Positions 31,586 to 42,454 are shown, counted from the first letter of the stretch. The stretch is DNA of 64,000 bases from Bacteroidales bacterium (GCA_046482855.1 JAWOEH010000061.1:8687-72686); one strand, 5' to 3'. The notes: a model not told the origin generated them from the sequence alone. A program made the numbers and translations.

Positions 31586-34369
31586 CTAAATGACGATGTT
31601 TATAATTTTATTCGGCACAAAGATTACTTTCTTCGGTGTTTTATCGGCTAACCATTTTTGTGCGTTTTCATGGTTCATCACAGCCTCTTCGGCTTGTTGT
31701 TTATTGCAGTTGGGAGGAAGGTCAATCTTAAAACGCATTTTTCCATTAAACGATACCGGATAAGTAATGGCATCCTCTTTCAGGTACTCCTCTTTATAGG
31801 CAGGAAAAGGTGCATACGTAATGGTTTCGTTATGTCCCAGGGCATGCCACAACTCTTCGGTAATGTGTGGAGCAAAAGGCGCCATGAGGATTAAAAGGGG
31901 CTCCAGTATTTCACGCTTGTTGCATGACAATTCCTGAAGCTCGTTGGTGCATATCATAAAGGCACTTACAGCTGTGTTAAGGGAGAATTTTTCAATGTCC
32001 TGCTCAATCTTTTTTATGGTTTTATGAAGCACCTTCAGCTCATTTTTGCTGGCTGATTCTTCGGAAATTGCCAGTTCATTATTGGGGTTATGATATAAAC
32101 GCCAAAACTTTTTGAGGAACCGAAAAACTCCTTCAATGCCTTGTGTATCCCATGGTTTGTGTTGCTCTATTGGGCCCAGAAACATTTCATAAAGACGGAA
32201 TGTATCTGCTCCATAGCGAGCAATCAGCTCATCGGGATTTTGCACATTGTATTTTGATTTTGACATCTTTTCCACTTCCCAACCACAAAGGTATTTCCCG
32301 TTTTCCAGGACAAACTCTGCATCTTTGAACTCTTCTCGCCATTTTTTGAATCCTTCCAAATCCAGTTCGTCATTATGAACCAGCGAAATATCTACATGAA
32401 GAGGTGAGGTATCATATTGCTTTCGTAGGTTATACGAAACAAACTTGTTGGTGCCTTTAATGCGGTATACAAAATTGCTGCGTCCCTGAATTTTCCCCTG
32501 GTTAATGAGCTTTTTATAGGGTTCGTCGGCAGTAATAACGTCTCTATCGTATAGGAACTTATTCCAGAACCGGGAATATATCAGGTGTCCGGCGGCGTGT
32601 TCGTCACCCCCCATATAGAGGTCAACCTGTCCCCAGTAGTTGTGTACCTCTTTATCAACCAAAGCCTCTTGGTTGTGAGGATCCATGTAGCGGATGTAGT
32701 AGCCACTTGAACCTGCAAATCCGGGCATGGTATTGGTTTCAAGTGGGTAACCTTCGGATGTTTGCCACTCTTTGGCGCGTGCCAAAGGAGGTTCCCCCGA
32801 TTCTGTGGGCAAATATTTATCCACTTCCGGCAGTTCTAATGGCAACTGAGTTTCATCCAGCGGATAGGGCATTCCGTCTTTATAATACATTGGAAATGGT
32901 TCACCCCAGTAACGCTGGCGACTGAAAATAGCATCGCGCAGGCGATAGTTAATGGTTTTGGTACCTAATTTCTCCTTTTCTATCTTTTCAATGGCTTTGG
33001 AAATAGCCTCGTTTACTTCTAACCCATTCAGAAAGTTGCTGTTTATAAGCTTGCCGGTTTTGGCATCGTAGCTGTCTTCCCATTTCTCTACCGGAGGCTG
33101 ATCCTCTGTTTCATGTTGAACGACTTGGATTATTGGAATTTCAAAGTGTCGGGCAAAGGCGAAATCCCGGCTGTCGTGGGCCGGAACAGCCATAATAGCG
33201 CCGGTACCATAGCCCATAAGCACGTAATCGGCAATCCAGATGGGTATCTCCTCTTTTGTGAATGGATTGATGGCATAAGCGCCGGTAAACTGGCCGCTAA
33301 TGTTCTTAACTTCCGATTGACGTTCACGTTCCGAGCGGTTTTTAGCGGTTTGAGTGTACTCCGCAACTGCCTGTTTATGTTCGTTGGTAGTGAGTTCGTT
33401 TACCAGCTCATGTTCAGGGGCCAGTACCATAAAAGTAGCGCCAAAAATTGTGTCGGGCCGTGTTGTGAAGATCTCTATCGTTTTTTGTGAACCCTTCAAA
33501 TGAAAATTGATAGCGGCTCCTTCGGAACGTCCAATCCAGTTTCGCTGCATTTCTTTTAGCGAGTCGGGCCATTCCACCGTGTTTAAGCCATCGAGCAATC
33601 GCTGCGCGTAGGCGGTTATGCGCAATGACCATTGCTTCATTAACTTCCGTTCAACCGGATGTCCCCCTCTTTCGGATACACCTTCTTTTACTTCGTCGTT
33701 AGCCAGTACGGTCCCCAAAGCGGGACACCAGTTTACTAAAGTATCCGAGAGGTAAGCTAAACGATAGTGCATCAGGATTTCCTGTTGTTCTTTCTCACTT
33801 TTTGCTTTCCATTGATCTGCAGAAAATTCTTCGTGTTCCGTGGCTGATGCTACAATTTCCAAACTCCCCTTGTTTTCAAAGTGGGTAATCAGTGTATCGA
33901 TGGGTTCCGCTTTATCCGTTTTTTTATTGTACCAAGCGTTGAATAGTTGAATAAAGGTCCATTGTGTCCATTTGTAATATTGAGGGTCGCTTGTGCGCAC
34001 TTCTCGATCCCAATCGTAGGAGAACCCAATTTGATCGAGCTGCTCACGGTAGCGTTTAATGTTTTTTTCTGTAGTAATTGCCGGATGTTGGCCGGTTTGT
34101 ATGGCATACTGTTCGGCAGGCAACCCATAAGCATCATACCCCATTGGGTGAAGTACATTATAACCTTTCAATCGCTTGAACCGGGCAAAAATATCAGAGG
34201 CAATGTAGCCCAGAGGATGGCCTACATGTAAGCCTGCACCAGAAGGATAGGGAAACATATCAAGCACATAATACTTCGGTTTATCGCTTTTATTGGAAGC
34301 TTTAAACGTTTTATGCTGTTGCCAGTATTTTTGCCATTTTTTTTCAATCGTTTGAAAGTTATAGTCCAT
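31586..34369 (-). CDS. leuS: Leucine--tRNA ligase
   Basis: 927 aa with a HIGH-type motif ([13 protein letters not shown]), KMSKSK, and an editing-domain insertion. Confidence 0.97.
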   Translation of the reverse strand: MDYNFQTIEKKWQKYWQQHKTFKASNKSDKPKYYVLDMFPYPSGAGLHVGHPLGYIASDIFARFKRLKGYNVLHPMGYDAYGLPAEQYAIQTGQHPAITTEKNIKRYREQLDQIGFSYDWDREVRTSDPQYYKWTQWTFIQLFNAWYNKKTDKAEPIDTLITHFENKGSLEIVASATEHEEFSADQWKAKSEKEQQEILMHYRLAYLSDTLVNWCPALGTVLANDEVKEGVSERGGHPVERKLMKQWSLRITAYAQRLLDGLNTVEWPDSLKEMQRNWIGRSEGAAINFHLKGSQKTIEIFTTRPDTIFGATFMVLAPEHELVNELTTNEHKQAVAEYTQTAKNRSERERQSEVKNISGQFTGAYAINPFTKEEIPIWIADYVLMGYGTGAIMAVPAHDSRDFAFARHFEIPIIQVVQHETEDQPPVEKWEDSYDAKTGKLINSNFLNGLEVNEAISKAIEKIEKEKLGTKTINYRLRDAIFSRQRYWGEPFPMYYKDGMPYPLDETQLPLELPEVDKYLPTESGEPPLARAKEWQTSEGYPLETNTMPGFAGSSGYYIRYMDPHNQEALVDKEVHNYWGQVDLYMGGDEHAAGHLIYSRFWNKFLYDRDVITADEPYKKLINQGKIQGRSNFVYRIKGTNKFVSYNLRKQYDTSPLHVDISLVHNDELDLEGFKKWREEFKDAEFVLENGKYLCGWEVEKMSKSKYNVQNPDELIARYGADTFRLYEMFLGPIEQHKPWDTQGIEGVFRFLKKFWRLYHNPNNELAISEESASKNELKVLHKTIKKIEQDIEKFSLNTAVSAFMICTNELQELSCNKREILEPLLILMAPFAPHITEELWHALGHNETITYAPFPAYKEEYLKEDAITYPVSFNGKMRFKIDLPPNCNKQQAEEAVMNHENAQKWLADKTPKKVIFVPNKIINIVI

Positions 34370-34507
34370 GGTTCAAGGATTTATATAAGATGTGATGATG
34401 TTATTTGAAACTGCGAAATTAGAAAATAAATAGCACTTTTAGGGAAGATATACAGGTTTATAAAGAAAAAAACTTTGGGAAAGATGAGTAAAGGGCAATA
34501 TTTTTCT

Positions 34508-34515
34508 TAAATTTG
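34508..34515 (+). promoter_or_regulatory. Candidate -7 promoter box (TAnnTTTG) for tRNA-Arg
   Basis: TAAATTTG ends 12 nt before the mature tRNA 5' end. Confidence 0.5.
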
Positions 34516-34527
34516 CAAACCGAAAAG

Positions 34528-34601
34528 GGCTCCGTAGTTCAAATGGATAGAACATCAGATTTCGGCTCTGAGGGTTGAGGGTTCGAGTCCTTCCGGAGTC
34601 A
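34528..34601 (+). tRNA. tRNA-Arg (anticodon TCG)
   Basis: Manual cloverleaf. Acceptor GGCTCCG/CGGAGTC; D arm GTTC-AAATGGATA-GAAC; anticodon stem TCAGA/TCTGA with loop TT-TCG-GC; T arm GAGGG-TTCGAGT-CCTTC; discriminator A. CCA is not encoded. Confidence 0.85.
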
Positions 34602-34602
34602 C

Positions 34603-34636
34603 AAAAAAAAGGAAACGAATTATCGTTTCCTTTTTT
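34603..34636. terminator. Bidirectional terminator (tRNA-Arg / convergent hypothetical gene)
   Basis: An A-run, then GGAAACGA-ATTA-TCGTTTCC, then TTTTTT. Confidence 0.7.
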
Positions 34637-34660
34637 GCTTTCCAGCTTTGGGTACGCATT

Positions 34661-35053
34661 CTATTTTACCAGAAACAGCTTTATCAGGGACGATCCTTTT
34701 TTATTTTCCTCAAAATGTATGAGGATATCGTAAAAGCCCGTTTTGTTACATTGGAACATGAACTGTTCGTAGTATTTATCCTGTACTTTATTGGTAGCAA
34801 TAACTTTGTCGTTTTCAAGAATCTGCACAATTGCGTCTCCGGGAAAATCGCCGATGTGATTGAGGATAGTGAACTTGTACATGGAGTTTTTGTTTAGCGT
34901 AAGGGTAACAAAATACTCGTTTTCGTATTGGTTTTTACTAATACGAGTCAGTTCAAACTCAAATTCCTTAATAAAGATTTCCTTTTGCGCGTTTGCGGTA
35001 TTGGCGGCAAAGAAAAACCCTGCCAAAAACATAAGAAGTACGATTCTTTTCAT
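34661..35053 (-). CDS. Small secreted hypothetical protein
   Basis: 130 aa with a signal peptide (MKRIVLLMFLAGFFFAANTANAQ). No family recognised. Confidence 0.6.
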   Translation of the reverse strand: MKRIVLLMFLAGFFFAANTANAQKEIFIKEFEFELTRISKNQYENEYFVTLTLNKNSMYKFTILNHIGDFPGDAIVQILENDKVIATNKVQDKYYEQFMFQCNKTGFYDILIHFEENKKGSSLIKLFLVK

Positions 35054-35172
35054 AAAGTCAGCTTTTGCGCATTTTCTATGCAGTATATGAGAACCTACGG
35101 GAAAAAGTTACAAAATATTTGGTAAATATACTTGTAATCTGGGAGAAAATGAAAAGTTGCCATCGAAGGAGC

Positions 35173-35205
35173 AAAAAAAAGCCGCGAGCGTAAGCTGCGG
35201 CTTTT
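35173..35205 (-). terminator. Rho-independent terminator after the ExbBD module
   Basis: The minus strand reads AGCCGCAGC-TTAC-GCTCGCGGCT followed by TTTTTTTT. Confidence 0.7.
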
Positions 35206-35227
35206 GATATTTTGCATTCAATGATCT

Positions 35228-35710
35228 TTATCGACCATCGTAAACATTCTCCACTTCGCGTGTTGAGTAGTTAATTTTCAGGGCACTGGCTTTACGCAGT
35301 TCCTGCTTCACTTTGGTTACAATCCCCATTCGGGTGTGCTCATCAACCTTCATCGATGTTGTCATAAAGGCACGTTCCTTCTCGTCCATCTTTTCGCGTT
35401 CAGTGGTGATATAATCACGAATATCATCAACTGTTGCAAATGCATCGTTTAGCTGAATACGCGGTTCCGAACCGTACATTTTGGTAAATGCACGTTTGGG
35501 CTCACCAATGTAAATAGAACTCACCAGTGACTTTTTCTCTAGTTTCTTTACCTCGGTTGCACCGGGAACGTTTACCTTAATTTTTAAGGTTGTTTCACGC
35601 ATTACGGTACTTACCATAAAGAAGAACAGAAGCATGAAAATAATGTCAGGAAGTGAAGCCGTGGAAATCTCTGGCGAACCGCCTTTTCCTTTTCGTTTAA
35701 ACTTTGACAT
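35228..35710 (-). CDS. exbD: Biopolymer transport protein ExbD/TolR
   Basis: 160 aa. The N-terminal motif ASLPDIIFMLLFFFMV precedes a single TM helix and a periplasmic domain. Confidence 0.88.
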   Translation of the reverse strand: MSKFKRKGKGGSPEISTASLPDIIFMLLFFFMVSTVMRETTLKIKVNVPGATEVKKLEKKSLVSSIYIGEPKRAFTKMYGSEPRIQLNDAFATVDDIRDYITTEREKMDEKERAFMTTSMKVDEHTRMGIVTKVKQELRKASALKINYSTREVENVYDGR

Positions 35711-35712
35711 AA

Positions 35713-36294
35713 TTAGTTACCTCCAATATTTTTAGGTTCTGCCTCTGAAATAATCTGGGGATAAATTTTTCGAATCCCGTTTTGTTGCTCCTCTGTAAGT
35801 TCGTCAAATTTCCTGCCAAACTCACCGACGGCCAGCTCATCTCTGAGCTCGTTATATGCTGCTGCCAATTCGTTCTGTACTTTAATGTACATACCGTAAG
35901 AAGTTCCGTTATCGTTTTGCAGTGAGATAATACCTTTGGTAACCTCCACATTTCCGAAATAGGGAACATCTTTTACGGTTTTTTCTGGCAACGTAGGATC
36001 ATTATTAGGGTTTGCGATAAACTCCTTGGCTTTATCACGCAATTGACGAATGTCAATTTCCTCACCACCTACCAGTAACCGGTCATCCTTATTGATAAGC
36101 ACCACAAAGATATTTCGTTCCTTAATCTGCTTATCGTCTTGTTCTGCCCCGGGTTCTGGCATAGGAGGCAATTTACGTGACAGACCGGTGTCGATATCCA
36201 TTGTTGTTGCTACCAGGAAAAAGATCAGCAGCAAAAACGCGATATCAGCCATCGAAGCCGCACTAAATTCACCTTTCATTCTTGCCATAAACAA
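35713..36294 (-). CDS. exbD: Biopolymer transport protein ExbD/TolR (second copy)
   Basis: 193 aa with ASMADIAFLLLIFFLV and the ExbD fold. It lies 2 nt upstream of the other exbD. Confidence 0.88.
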   Translation of the reverse strand: MFMARMKGEFSAASMADIAFLLLIFFLVATTMDIDTGLSRKLPPMPEPGAEQDDKQIKERNIFVVLINKDDRLLVGGEEIDIRQLRDKAKEFIANPNNDPTLPEKTVKDVPYFGNVEVTKGIISLQNDNGTSYGMYIKVQNELAAAYNELRDELAVGEFGRKFDELTEEQQNGIRKIYPQIISEAEPKNIGGN

Positions 36295-36325
36295 TGGTTT
36301 TTAAGGGGGCATAGCCCCCTGTTAA

Positions 36326-36766
36326 TTATTTAAATACCTTAGCTACTTCCGTGAAGAGGATTGAAGCAATGGCCAATCCTATCAACAAGTACATCGACTG
36401 GATACCCGTACCTACTTGTTTTAAAGTAGAAGGTACATCGTGGTGCACCAAGTCGGGGTTGGTAATTCCAAGAGGAGTGTCACCTGCTAACATGTAAGCA
36501 ATTAACACAACTACCCCCAGCAAAACAACACCCAGAAGGCCTTTTTTCGCTTTTTGCGGGTTGGAAATCATCTGGAATATGGGGAAAATCAGCGACAGTG
36601 CCACAGCAATCCCTGCTAAGGCGTATGCCCATATTATGAACGTCTCGGTATATACAGGGGCTTCGTCACCACCTACCATAATGGTCGGGCCTGCATAAAA
36701 CATAGCCGTAAACACTACAGATACCAATAACAAGACGAGTAATACGATTCGTAATACTTTACTCAT
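36326..36766 (-). CDS. Four-TM membrane protein of unknown function, embedded in the ExbBD module
   Basis: 146 aa with four hydrophobic helices. It sits between exbB and exbD. Confidence 0.65.
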   Translation of the reverse strand: MSKVLRIVLLVLLLVSVVFTAMFYAGPTIMVGGDEAPVYTETFIIWAYALAGIAVALSLIFPIFQMISNPQKAKKGLLGVVLLGVVVLIAYMLAGDTPLGITNPDLVHHDVPSTLKQVGTGIQSMYLLIGLAIASILFTEVAKVFK

Positions 36767-36772
36767 GATGGA

Positions 36773-37609
36773 TTACTTTTTAAGATTGTGTTTTACAAGG
36801 ATGTCGATCAATGTGATTGAAGCATCTTCCATATCGTTTACAATAGCATCGATTTTTGACACGATGTAGTTGTAGAAAATCTGAAGGATAACCGCAACGA
36901 TCAAACCTGATACTGTAGTCAACAGGGCTACTTTAATACCTCCTGCTACCAATGTTGGAGAGATGTCACCGGCTGCTTCAATAGCGTCAAATGCGCCAAT
37001 CATACCGATTACTGTACCCATAAAACCAAGCATAGGTGCTACAGCAATAAATAGGGAAATCCAGGTAATACCACGCTCAAGCAATCCCATTTGTACTGAC
37101 CCGTACGATACTACTGATTTTTCAACTACTTCAATACCTTCCTCTGAGCGATCAAGACCTTGGTAGAAAATAGAAGCAACGGGACCTCGTGTGTTACGAC
37201 ATACCTCTTTTGCAGCTTCAATACCACCTTCTGCCAAAGCATCTTCGATTTTGCTAAGAAGCTTCTTCGAATTTGTAGTGGCCAGGTTCAAGTAGATAAT
37301 ACGCTCGATGGCGATTGCTAAACCAATGATCAAACAAAGAAGTACAATACCCATAAAGGCAGGACCTCCTTCAATGAACTTTTGCTTAATCTGCTTGTGA
37401 AGCGACTTGGGTTCTTCCGCTGCCTCTTCTTCTGGCGCTGCTTCTTCTTGCTCAACGGTTGCAGTGTCAGCTGCTTCTTCCATTGCTGCTGTGTCAACAG
37501 TTCCTTCTGTAGTAGCTTGCTCAGCTGTCTCGTCTTGAGCAACCGACTGGTATGATGCTCCTAATGTGAGCATCCCGAAAACTGCTATAAATGCCAATAA
37601 TTTTTTCAT
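36773..37609 (-). CDS. exbB: MotA/TolQ/ExbB proton-channel family protein
   Basis: 278 aa with a C-terminal MotA_ExbB core (APMLGFMGTVIGMIGAF...ALLTTVSGLIVA). The N-terminus has a signal-like segment followed by an acidic low-complexity stretch of about 45 aa. Confidence 0.9.
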   Translation of the reverse strand: MKKLLAFIAVFGMLTLGASYQSVAQDETAEQATTEGTVDTAAMEEAADTATVEQEEAAPEEEAAEEPKSLHKQIKQKFIEGGPAFMGIVLLCLIIGLAIAIERIIYLNLATTNSKKLLSKIEDALAEGGIEAAKEVCRNTRGPVASIFYQGLDRSEEGIEVVEKSVVSYGSVQMGLLERGITWISLFIAVAPMLGFMGTVIGMIGAFDAIEAAGDISPTLVAGGIKVALLTTVSGLIVAVILQIFYNYIVSKIDAIVNDMEDASITLIDILVKHNLKK

Positions 37610-37678
37610 GGTTTGTTTTCTGTTTTAATTTAACGATTTATACATGTAAAATTATAAAATTATTTAGTTATTACAGTG

Positions 37679-37771
37679 TGGCGGAGAAAGAGGGATTCGA
37701 ACCCTCGATACCGTTCTACACGGTATACACACTTTCCAGGCGTGCGCCTTCGACCACTCGGCCACTTCTCC
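37679..37771 (-). tRNA. tRNA-Ser (anticodon GGA), CCA encoded
   Basis: The reverse complement is GGAGAAGTGGCCGAGTGGTCGAAGGCGCACGCCTGGAAAGTGTGTATACCGTGTAGAACGGTATCGAGGGTTCGAATCCCTCTTTCTCCGCCA. It has a class II long variable arm, anticodon loop CT-GGA-AA and T loop TTCGAAT. Confidence 0.9.
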
Positions 37772-37826
37772 GTTATTGCTTAATTTCAGGGGCACAAAAT
37801 ACAAAAAAATATGCAAAAACAAATAT

Positions 37827-38858
37827 TTATTCATTGATTTCTCCCTTCAAGGGAATTTGCATTAACTCCGCTATTTCTGCGTAATTTGAATAATTTCCCA
37901 GTAAGTGCATTAACTTAGTAACGGCTGCTTCGCTGGTTATATTGTGTCCGCTTACAACTCCTGCTTTAGCCAGTTGTTTTCCGGTGTCGTATTTGTGCAT
38001 GTCTACACTGCCGGCAAAGCACTGGGTAACATTTACAATTACCTTGTTTGCTTGGCGTGCTTCTTCAATGGCATTCAAAAACCAGGGAGTTGTTGGCGCA
38101 TTTCCGGCTCCGTAGGTTTCCAGGATGATGCCATCGAGTAACGGGTTGGTTAATATGCCATGTATAAGCTCTCGTGTCATTCCCGGAAAGATCTTTACAA
38201 TCGCTACCCGTGAATTAAGTTTCGTATTGATTGCAAAAGAGGATTCATGTGTGGGATAATGAATCGCTTTATAGTTGTATCGAATATTTATTCCCGCTTC
38301 GGCAAGTGCCGGGTAGTTGGGGCTGTCGAAAGCATTGAAATGCTCGGCACTGATTTTGGTGATGCGATTGCCACGATAGAGTTTATTTTCGAAAAACACA
38401 CTAACCTCTGGTACTGCTATCTGGCTGTTAACTTTTGCGGCAGCAATCTCAATGGCACTGATGAGGTTTTCTTTTCCATCGGTACGTAAGGTGCCAATAG
38501 GCAGCTGCGACCCGGTTAGAATGACGGGCTTTTGCAAGTGGGAAAGCATGAAACTTAAAGCCGATGAAGTGTAGGCCATAGTGTCGGTTCCGTGTAAAAT
38601 TACAAAACCATCATACTGTTCATAGTTTTCCTGAATTAGTTGTGCCAATTGTACCCAGGTATCCGGCGTTAGATTGGATGAGTCGATAAGGGGCTCGAAG
38701 GAGTAAGCGTCTATGTTAAAGCCAAACCTTCGTAATTCAGGTACTTCCTGCAGTATTTGTTTAAAATCGAAGGGTGCAAGTGCATTTGTCTCCGGGTCAT
38801 TAACCATGCCTATGGTGCCGCCCGTGTAAAGTACGAGTATGGATGTTGTACTATTCAT
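37827..38858 (-). CDS. ansA: Type I (cytoplasmic) L-asparaginase
   Basis: 343 aa with the catalytic motifs YTGGTIGM and HGTDTM. Confidence 0.92.
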   Translation of the reverse strand: MNSTTSILVLYTGGTIGMVNDPETNALAPFDFKQILQEVPELRRFGFNIDAYSFEPLIDSSNLTPDTWVQLAQLIQENYEQYDGFVILHGTDTMAYTSSALSFMLSHLQKPVILTGSQLPIGTLRTDGKENLISAIEIAAAKVNSQIAVPEVSVFFENKLYRGNRITKISAEHFNAFDSPNYPALAEAGINIRYNYKAIHYPTHESSFAINTKLNSRVAIVKIFPGMTRELIHGILTNPLLDGIILETYGAGNAPTTPWFLNAIEEARQANKVIVNVTQCFAGSVDMHKYDTGKQLAKAGVVSGHNITSEAAVTKLMHLLGNYSNYAEIAELMQIPLKGEINE

Positions 38859-39627
38859 GTGTTAATTGAAAAAGCTGTTCTGCATTTTTTGTTGTTATTT
38901 GAGCAATCTCTTCCACCGATAATTGATGAAGCTCCGCCACTTTTTTTGCAATGTAAGGCAAGTAACTACTTTCATTTCTCTTTCCCCGTTTAGGGGTAGG
39001 AGCCAGATAGGGCGAATCAGTTTCCAGGAGGATATGTTCAGGGGCAATCTGTTTAATGACCTTGTCGATGCCTGCGTTTTTAAAAGTAACAATGCCTCCG
39101 ACGCCTATTTTAAAGCCCCACTTGATTATTTTTTGTGCTTGCTCCAGGGTCCCGGTAAAGCTATGAAATACGCCTGTTAAGTTATTGTCTAGCAGTGGTT
39201 CCAAAGTTTCAAAAGTCTCCTCAAAGGCTTCCCGAACATGGATAACTATGGGTAGATTATTTTTCTTCGCGTATTTTACCTGCCAAATAAAAGCTTCGGC
39301 CTGTTCCTCTTTATGGGTTGTATCCCAATAAAGATCCATTCCTATTTCACCTACAGCTATAATTTGTTCCGGGTTAAAAGCGCTAAAAAGGTTTTGAAGT
39401 TGTTCTCTATAATTTTTTTGTACCGAGGTTGGATGTAAACCTCCCATGGCAAAACAGATTCCAGGATAGTGCTGAACCATTTCCATTACCTGCTCAATCG
39501 TTGTTTCATCGATGTTAGGCAGCAGGAGTTTGTTAATCTCACTTTCATTGGCTCGTTCCATTACCTGTGTACGATCACTGTCGAAGGCATCGGAGAATAA
39601 ATGTGTATGAGTATCAATTAAGATCAT
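38851..39627 (-). CDS. TatD-family metal-dependent hydrolase
   Basis: 258 aa with IDTHTHL at the N-terminus and a TIM-barrel His/Asp/Glu pattern (HVREA, HSFTG, ETDSPYL). It overlaps ansA by 8 nt. Confidence 0.9.
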   Translation of the reverse strand: MILIDTHTHLFSDAFDSDRTQVMERANESEINKLLLPNIDETTIEQVMEMVQHYPGICFAMGGLHPTSVQKNYREQLQNLFSAFNPEQIIAVGEIGMDLYWDTTHKEEQAEAFIWQVKYAKKNNLPIVIHVREAFEETFETLEPLLDNNLTGVFHSFTGTLEQAQKIIKWGFKIGVGGIVTFKNAGIDKVIKQIAPEHILLETDSPYLAPTPKRGKRNESSYLPYIAKKVAELHQLSVEEIAQITTKNAEQLFQLTHE

Positions 39628-39711
39628 AAACTAAAATATGGGTGCAAACTTATCAAAATTTCAGCTCGCAGGGAAATTTTTTGGCACGCTTACACATTAA
39701 ATATTGATGTC

Positions 39712-39744
39712 TGAAATAAAAAATACCCCATCGAACCGATGGGG
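39712..39744 (-). terminator. Rho-independent terminator after gdhA
   Basis: CCCCATCG (39726-39733) pairs with CGATGGGG (39737-39744). On the minus strand the hairpin is followed by TATTTTTTATTT. Confidence 0.7.
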
Positions 39745-39773
39745 CTTCTAGTTGGCTGTTCACTACTTCTTCT

Positions 39774-41111
39774 TTAAACGGCTCCCTGTGCTAGCATGGC
39801 CTCGGCCACTTTTACGAAACCTCCTATGTTAGCTCCTTTTACATAATTTGTAAATTCCTCTTCTTTGCCATATTTTTCGCATGTAGCGTGGATATCCTTC
39901 ATAATGCGATGCAACTTTGCATCTACCTCTTCACGAGTCCAGGGCAAACGCATGCTATTTTGGGTCATTTCCAGACCCGAAACAGCTACTCCTCCGGCGT
40001 TTGCAGCTTTTCCAGGGCCAAAAAGAATTCTTTTTTCCAGGAAAAGTTCCACAGCTTCGGGCACCGAAGGCATGTTGGCTCCTTCGCTTACGCATATACA
40101 CCCATTGTCAATTAAGTTTTTCGCATCTTCTTCGCTGATTTCGTTTTGTGTGGCACAGGGTAAAGCTATATCGCAAGGAACATTCCAAGGACGTTTCCCT
40201 TCGTAATATTCTACGCCAAATTTCTCTGCATAGTCGCGAATACGTCCTCTTCGTATGTTCTTTAACTCCATAACATATGCGAGCTTTTCGGGATCGATGC
40301 CTTTGGGATCGTGGATATACCCGGAACTGTCGGATAGCGTAATAACTCTGCCGCCCAAATCATTGACCTTTTGTGTTGCAAATTGCGCAACGTTTCCTGC
40401 TCCTGAAATGACGACTTTCTTTCCTTCAAAACTTTGCTTCTGGGTTTTCAGCATCTCCTGGGCGAAATACACAGCTCCATAGCCTGTTGCTTCAGGGCGA
40501 ATTAAGCTGCCTCCGTATTGAATACCTTTACCTGTAAGTACACCGGTAAATTCATTTTTAAGTCGTTTGTATTGTCCGTACATATAGCCAATTTCTCTTC
40601 CGCCCACGCCTATGTCGCCTGCCGGGATATCTGTATTAGGGCCAATATGCCGGTATAATTCAGTCATGAAACTTTGGCAAAAACGCATGACTTCATTATC
40701 GGATTTCCCTTTGGGATCAAAATCGGAACCTCCTTTTCCTCCCCCCATGGGCAGAGTTGTTAAACTATTTTTAAATACTTGCTCAAAAGCCAAAAACTTT
40801 AGAATACTGAGGTTCACAGTTGGATGAAATCGTAATCCTCCTTTATATGGGCCAATAGCACTGTTCATTTCGATACGATAGCCTTTGTTGATTTGAATTT
40901 CTCCTTTATCGTCGATCCAGGGGACTCGAAAGAGAATGATTCGTTCCGGTTCGGCAATGCGTTCAAGTACTTTGGCATGTTTGTACTTGGGATTTTCCTC
41001 GATAAAAGGAATTAACGATTCGGCCACTTCGTGAACTGCTTGATGAAACTCTGTTTCATGAGGATTTTTGGCAGTTAAGGTTGCCATAAATTTTTCTGTT
41101 CTGGGGTCCAT
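39774..41111 (-). CDS. gdhA: Glutamate dehydrogenase (hexameric Glu/Leu/Phe/Val DH family), paralogue 1
   Basis: 445 aa with the catalytic region LPMGGGKGGSDFDPKGKS and the dinucleotide-binding motif SGAGNVA. Confidence 0.95.
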   Translation of the reverse strand: MDPRTEKFMATLTAKNPHETEFHQAVHEVAESLIPFIEENPKYKHAKVLERIAEPERIILFRVPWIDDKGEIQINKGYRIEMNSAIGPYKGGLRFHPTVNLSILKFLAFEQVFKNSLTTLPMGGGKGGSDFDPKGKSDNEVMRFCQSFMTELYRHIGPNTDIPAGDIGVGGREIGYMYGQYKRLKNEFTGVLTGKGIQYGGSLIRPEATGYGAVYFAQEMLKTQKQSFEGKKVVISGAGNVAQFATQKVNDLGGRVITLSDSSGYIHDPKGIDPEKLAYVMELKNIRRGRIRDYAEKFGVEYYEGKRPWNVPCDIALPCATQNEISEEDAKNLIDNGCICVSEGANMPSVPEAVELFLEKRILFGPGKAANAGGVAVSGLEMTQNSMRLPWTREEVDAKLHRIMKDIHATCEKYGKEEEFTNYVKGANIGGFVKVAEAMLAQGAV

Positions 41112-41298
41112 AATGTAAAGTTTTAGTTTGTAGAGTGTTTGTGAGTTGTTATAACAAACTTATGGAAAAAATGAATGCCGGTAAATAGCCAGCGGCTGTG
41201 TTTTATGCAGACTAATTAAATATAAGGCTTGTAGCCGTTGTTATCACAGGGATCTTTCTGCTGTTTCCTGTTGAATATTTCTTAGAAAACTTTGATAT

Positions 41299-42411
41299 TT
41301 AGATGAATAATGGGTTTTTAAGCTTAAAGATCTTTCCGGGCAACACGGCAATTACACCCTTAAATTCTAACTCCAAAAGACTTGAGGCCAAAGTGTTCAT
41401 TGGTAGTTGGGTGTGTATAGCCAGGTTGTCAATCGGTAGCTCATTGTATTCTTTCAATACATTGGCTATGGTTTGTTCATCGGGGGAAAGTTGAGTAAAT
41501 AGGGAGGTTTGAATACATTTATCTTTCTCCCATTTCATATAATAGGCAATATCTTCGCCCGATTCTACCATGTTGGCATAGAGAGATTTGATTAGTTGGT
41601 TGCACCCCCTGCTTTCCGCATCATCGGGACGCCCTGGTACAGCAAAAACATCGCGACTATAGCCATTGGCCATTGAGGCAGTAATAAGTGCACCACCCGT
41701 TTCACGACTCTCCACAACAAGAGTGGCATCGGCCATGCCTGCTATGATACGGTTTCTGCGTAGAAAATTATTTCGGTCTAATGGCGTTGATGTGGCAAAA
41801 TCAGTAATCAATGCACCGGCAGCTGCAATTTTTCGGGCTTCATGTTTATGGGATGCGGGATAGATCGTGTGCAGTCCGTGTCCCAGAATGGCAAAGGTAG
41901 GTAGGTTGTGTTCCAGTGCTGCTTTGTGGGCTGCAATATCAATTCCGTAAGCAAGACCACTAATGATGGCAGGACTGTGCCCCAGCTCTAAGAGCTCTTC
42001 AATTATTCGTTCAACAAGTAGACGTCCTCTGTCAGTTGCTTTTCTTGTGCCTACAATACTAAGTGCCTTGGCGGGATTTAGCTGAGCATCTCCCTTAACA
42101 AAAAGAACCAATGGACTGTCGTCGCAGTGTTTTAATCGTTTAGGGTAGGCTTTGTGGCTATAGGGCAGGCAGGTTATCTGGTATTTCTTAATAAAGCTCA
42201 TCTCTGTTTCGGCAGCAGTAAAGATCTTTTTATCCTGAAGCGCCTTAACCATTCGCTGGGTTACAAACGAACATTCACGTGAGATTTTTGCTCCTGAAAG
42301 AAAAATTTCTTTGGGACTTCCCAGTTGAGCAATGAGTCTTTTGGCGGTAACCGGGCCAATGTGTTTTACCAACGAAAGGGCAATTAAGTGGAAAAGGTCT
42401 TCTTCAGCCAT
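41299..42411 (-). CDS. dprA: DNA-processing protein DprA
   Basis: SLVKHIGPVTAKRL lies in the N-terminal SAM-like domain, and the Rossmann core carries GLAYGIDIAAHKAAL and VVESRETGGALITA. I start it at the ATG at 42411 (MAEEDLF); 42432 is possible. Confidence 0.9.
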   Translation of the reverse strand: MAEEDLFHLIALSLVKHIGPVTAKRLIAQLGSPKEIFLSGAKISRECSFVTQRMVKALQDKKIFTAAETEMSFIKKYQITCLPYSHKAYPKRLKHCDDSPLVLFVKGDAQLNPAKALSIVGTRKATDRGRLLVERIIEELLELGHSPAIISGLAYGIDIAAHKAALEHNLPTFAILGHGLHTIYPASHKHEARKIAAAGALITDFATSTPLDRNNFLRRNRIIAGMADATLVVESRETGGALITASMANGYSRDVFAVPGRPDDAESRGCNQLIKSLYANMVESGEDIAYYMKWEKDKCIQTSLFTQLSPDEQTIANVLKEYNELPIDNLAIHTQLPMNTLASSLLELEFKGVIAVLPGKIFKLKNPLFI

Positions 42412-42454
42412 GATTGTGATGATGAGCACCATTCAAGTTACTGAAATTTTGTGT

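Noticed and set aside
34528-37771. tRNA-Arg and tRNA-Ser as possible integration hot spots for genomic islands.
   Set aside because: No integrase lies next to either tRNA. I saw no direct repeat of the tRNA 3' halves nearby, and the flanking genes (leuS, the ExbBD module, ansA) are core functions.
39865-40206. Long antisense ORFs inside both gdh genes (113 aa here; 135 aa at 43161..43568).
   Set aside because: They are in equivalent positions opposite strongly conserved GDH coding sequence. Such open antisense frames are a codon-composition by-product. They are Pro/Ser-rich with no start signals.
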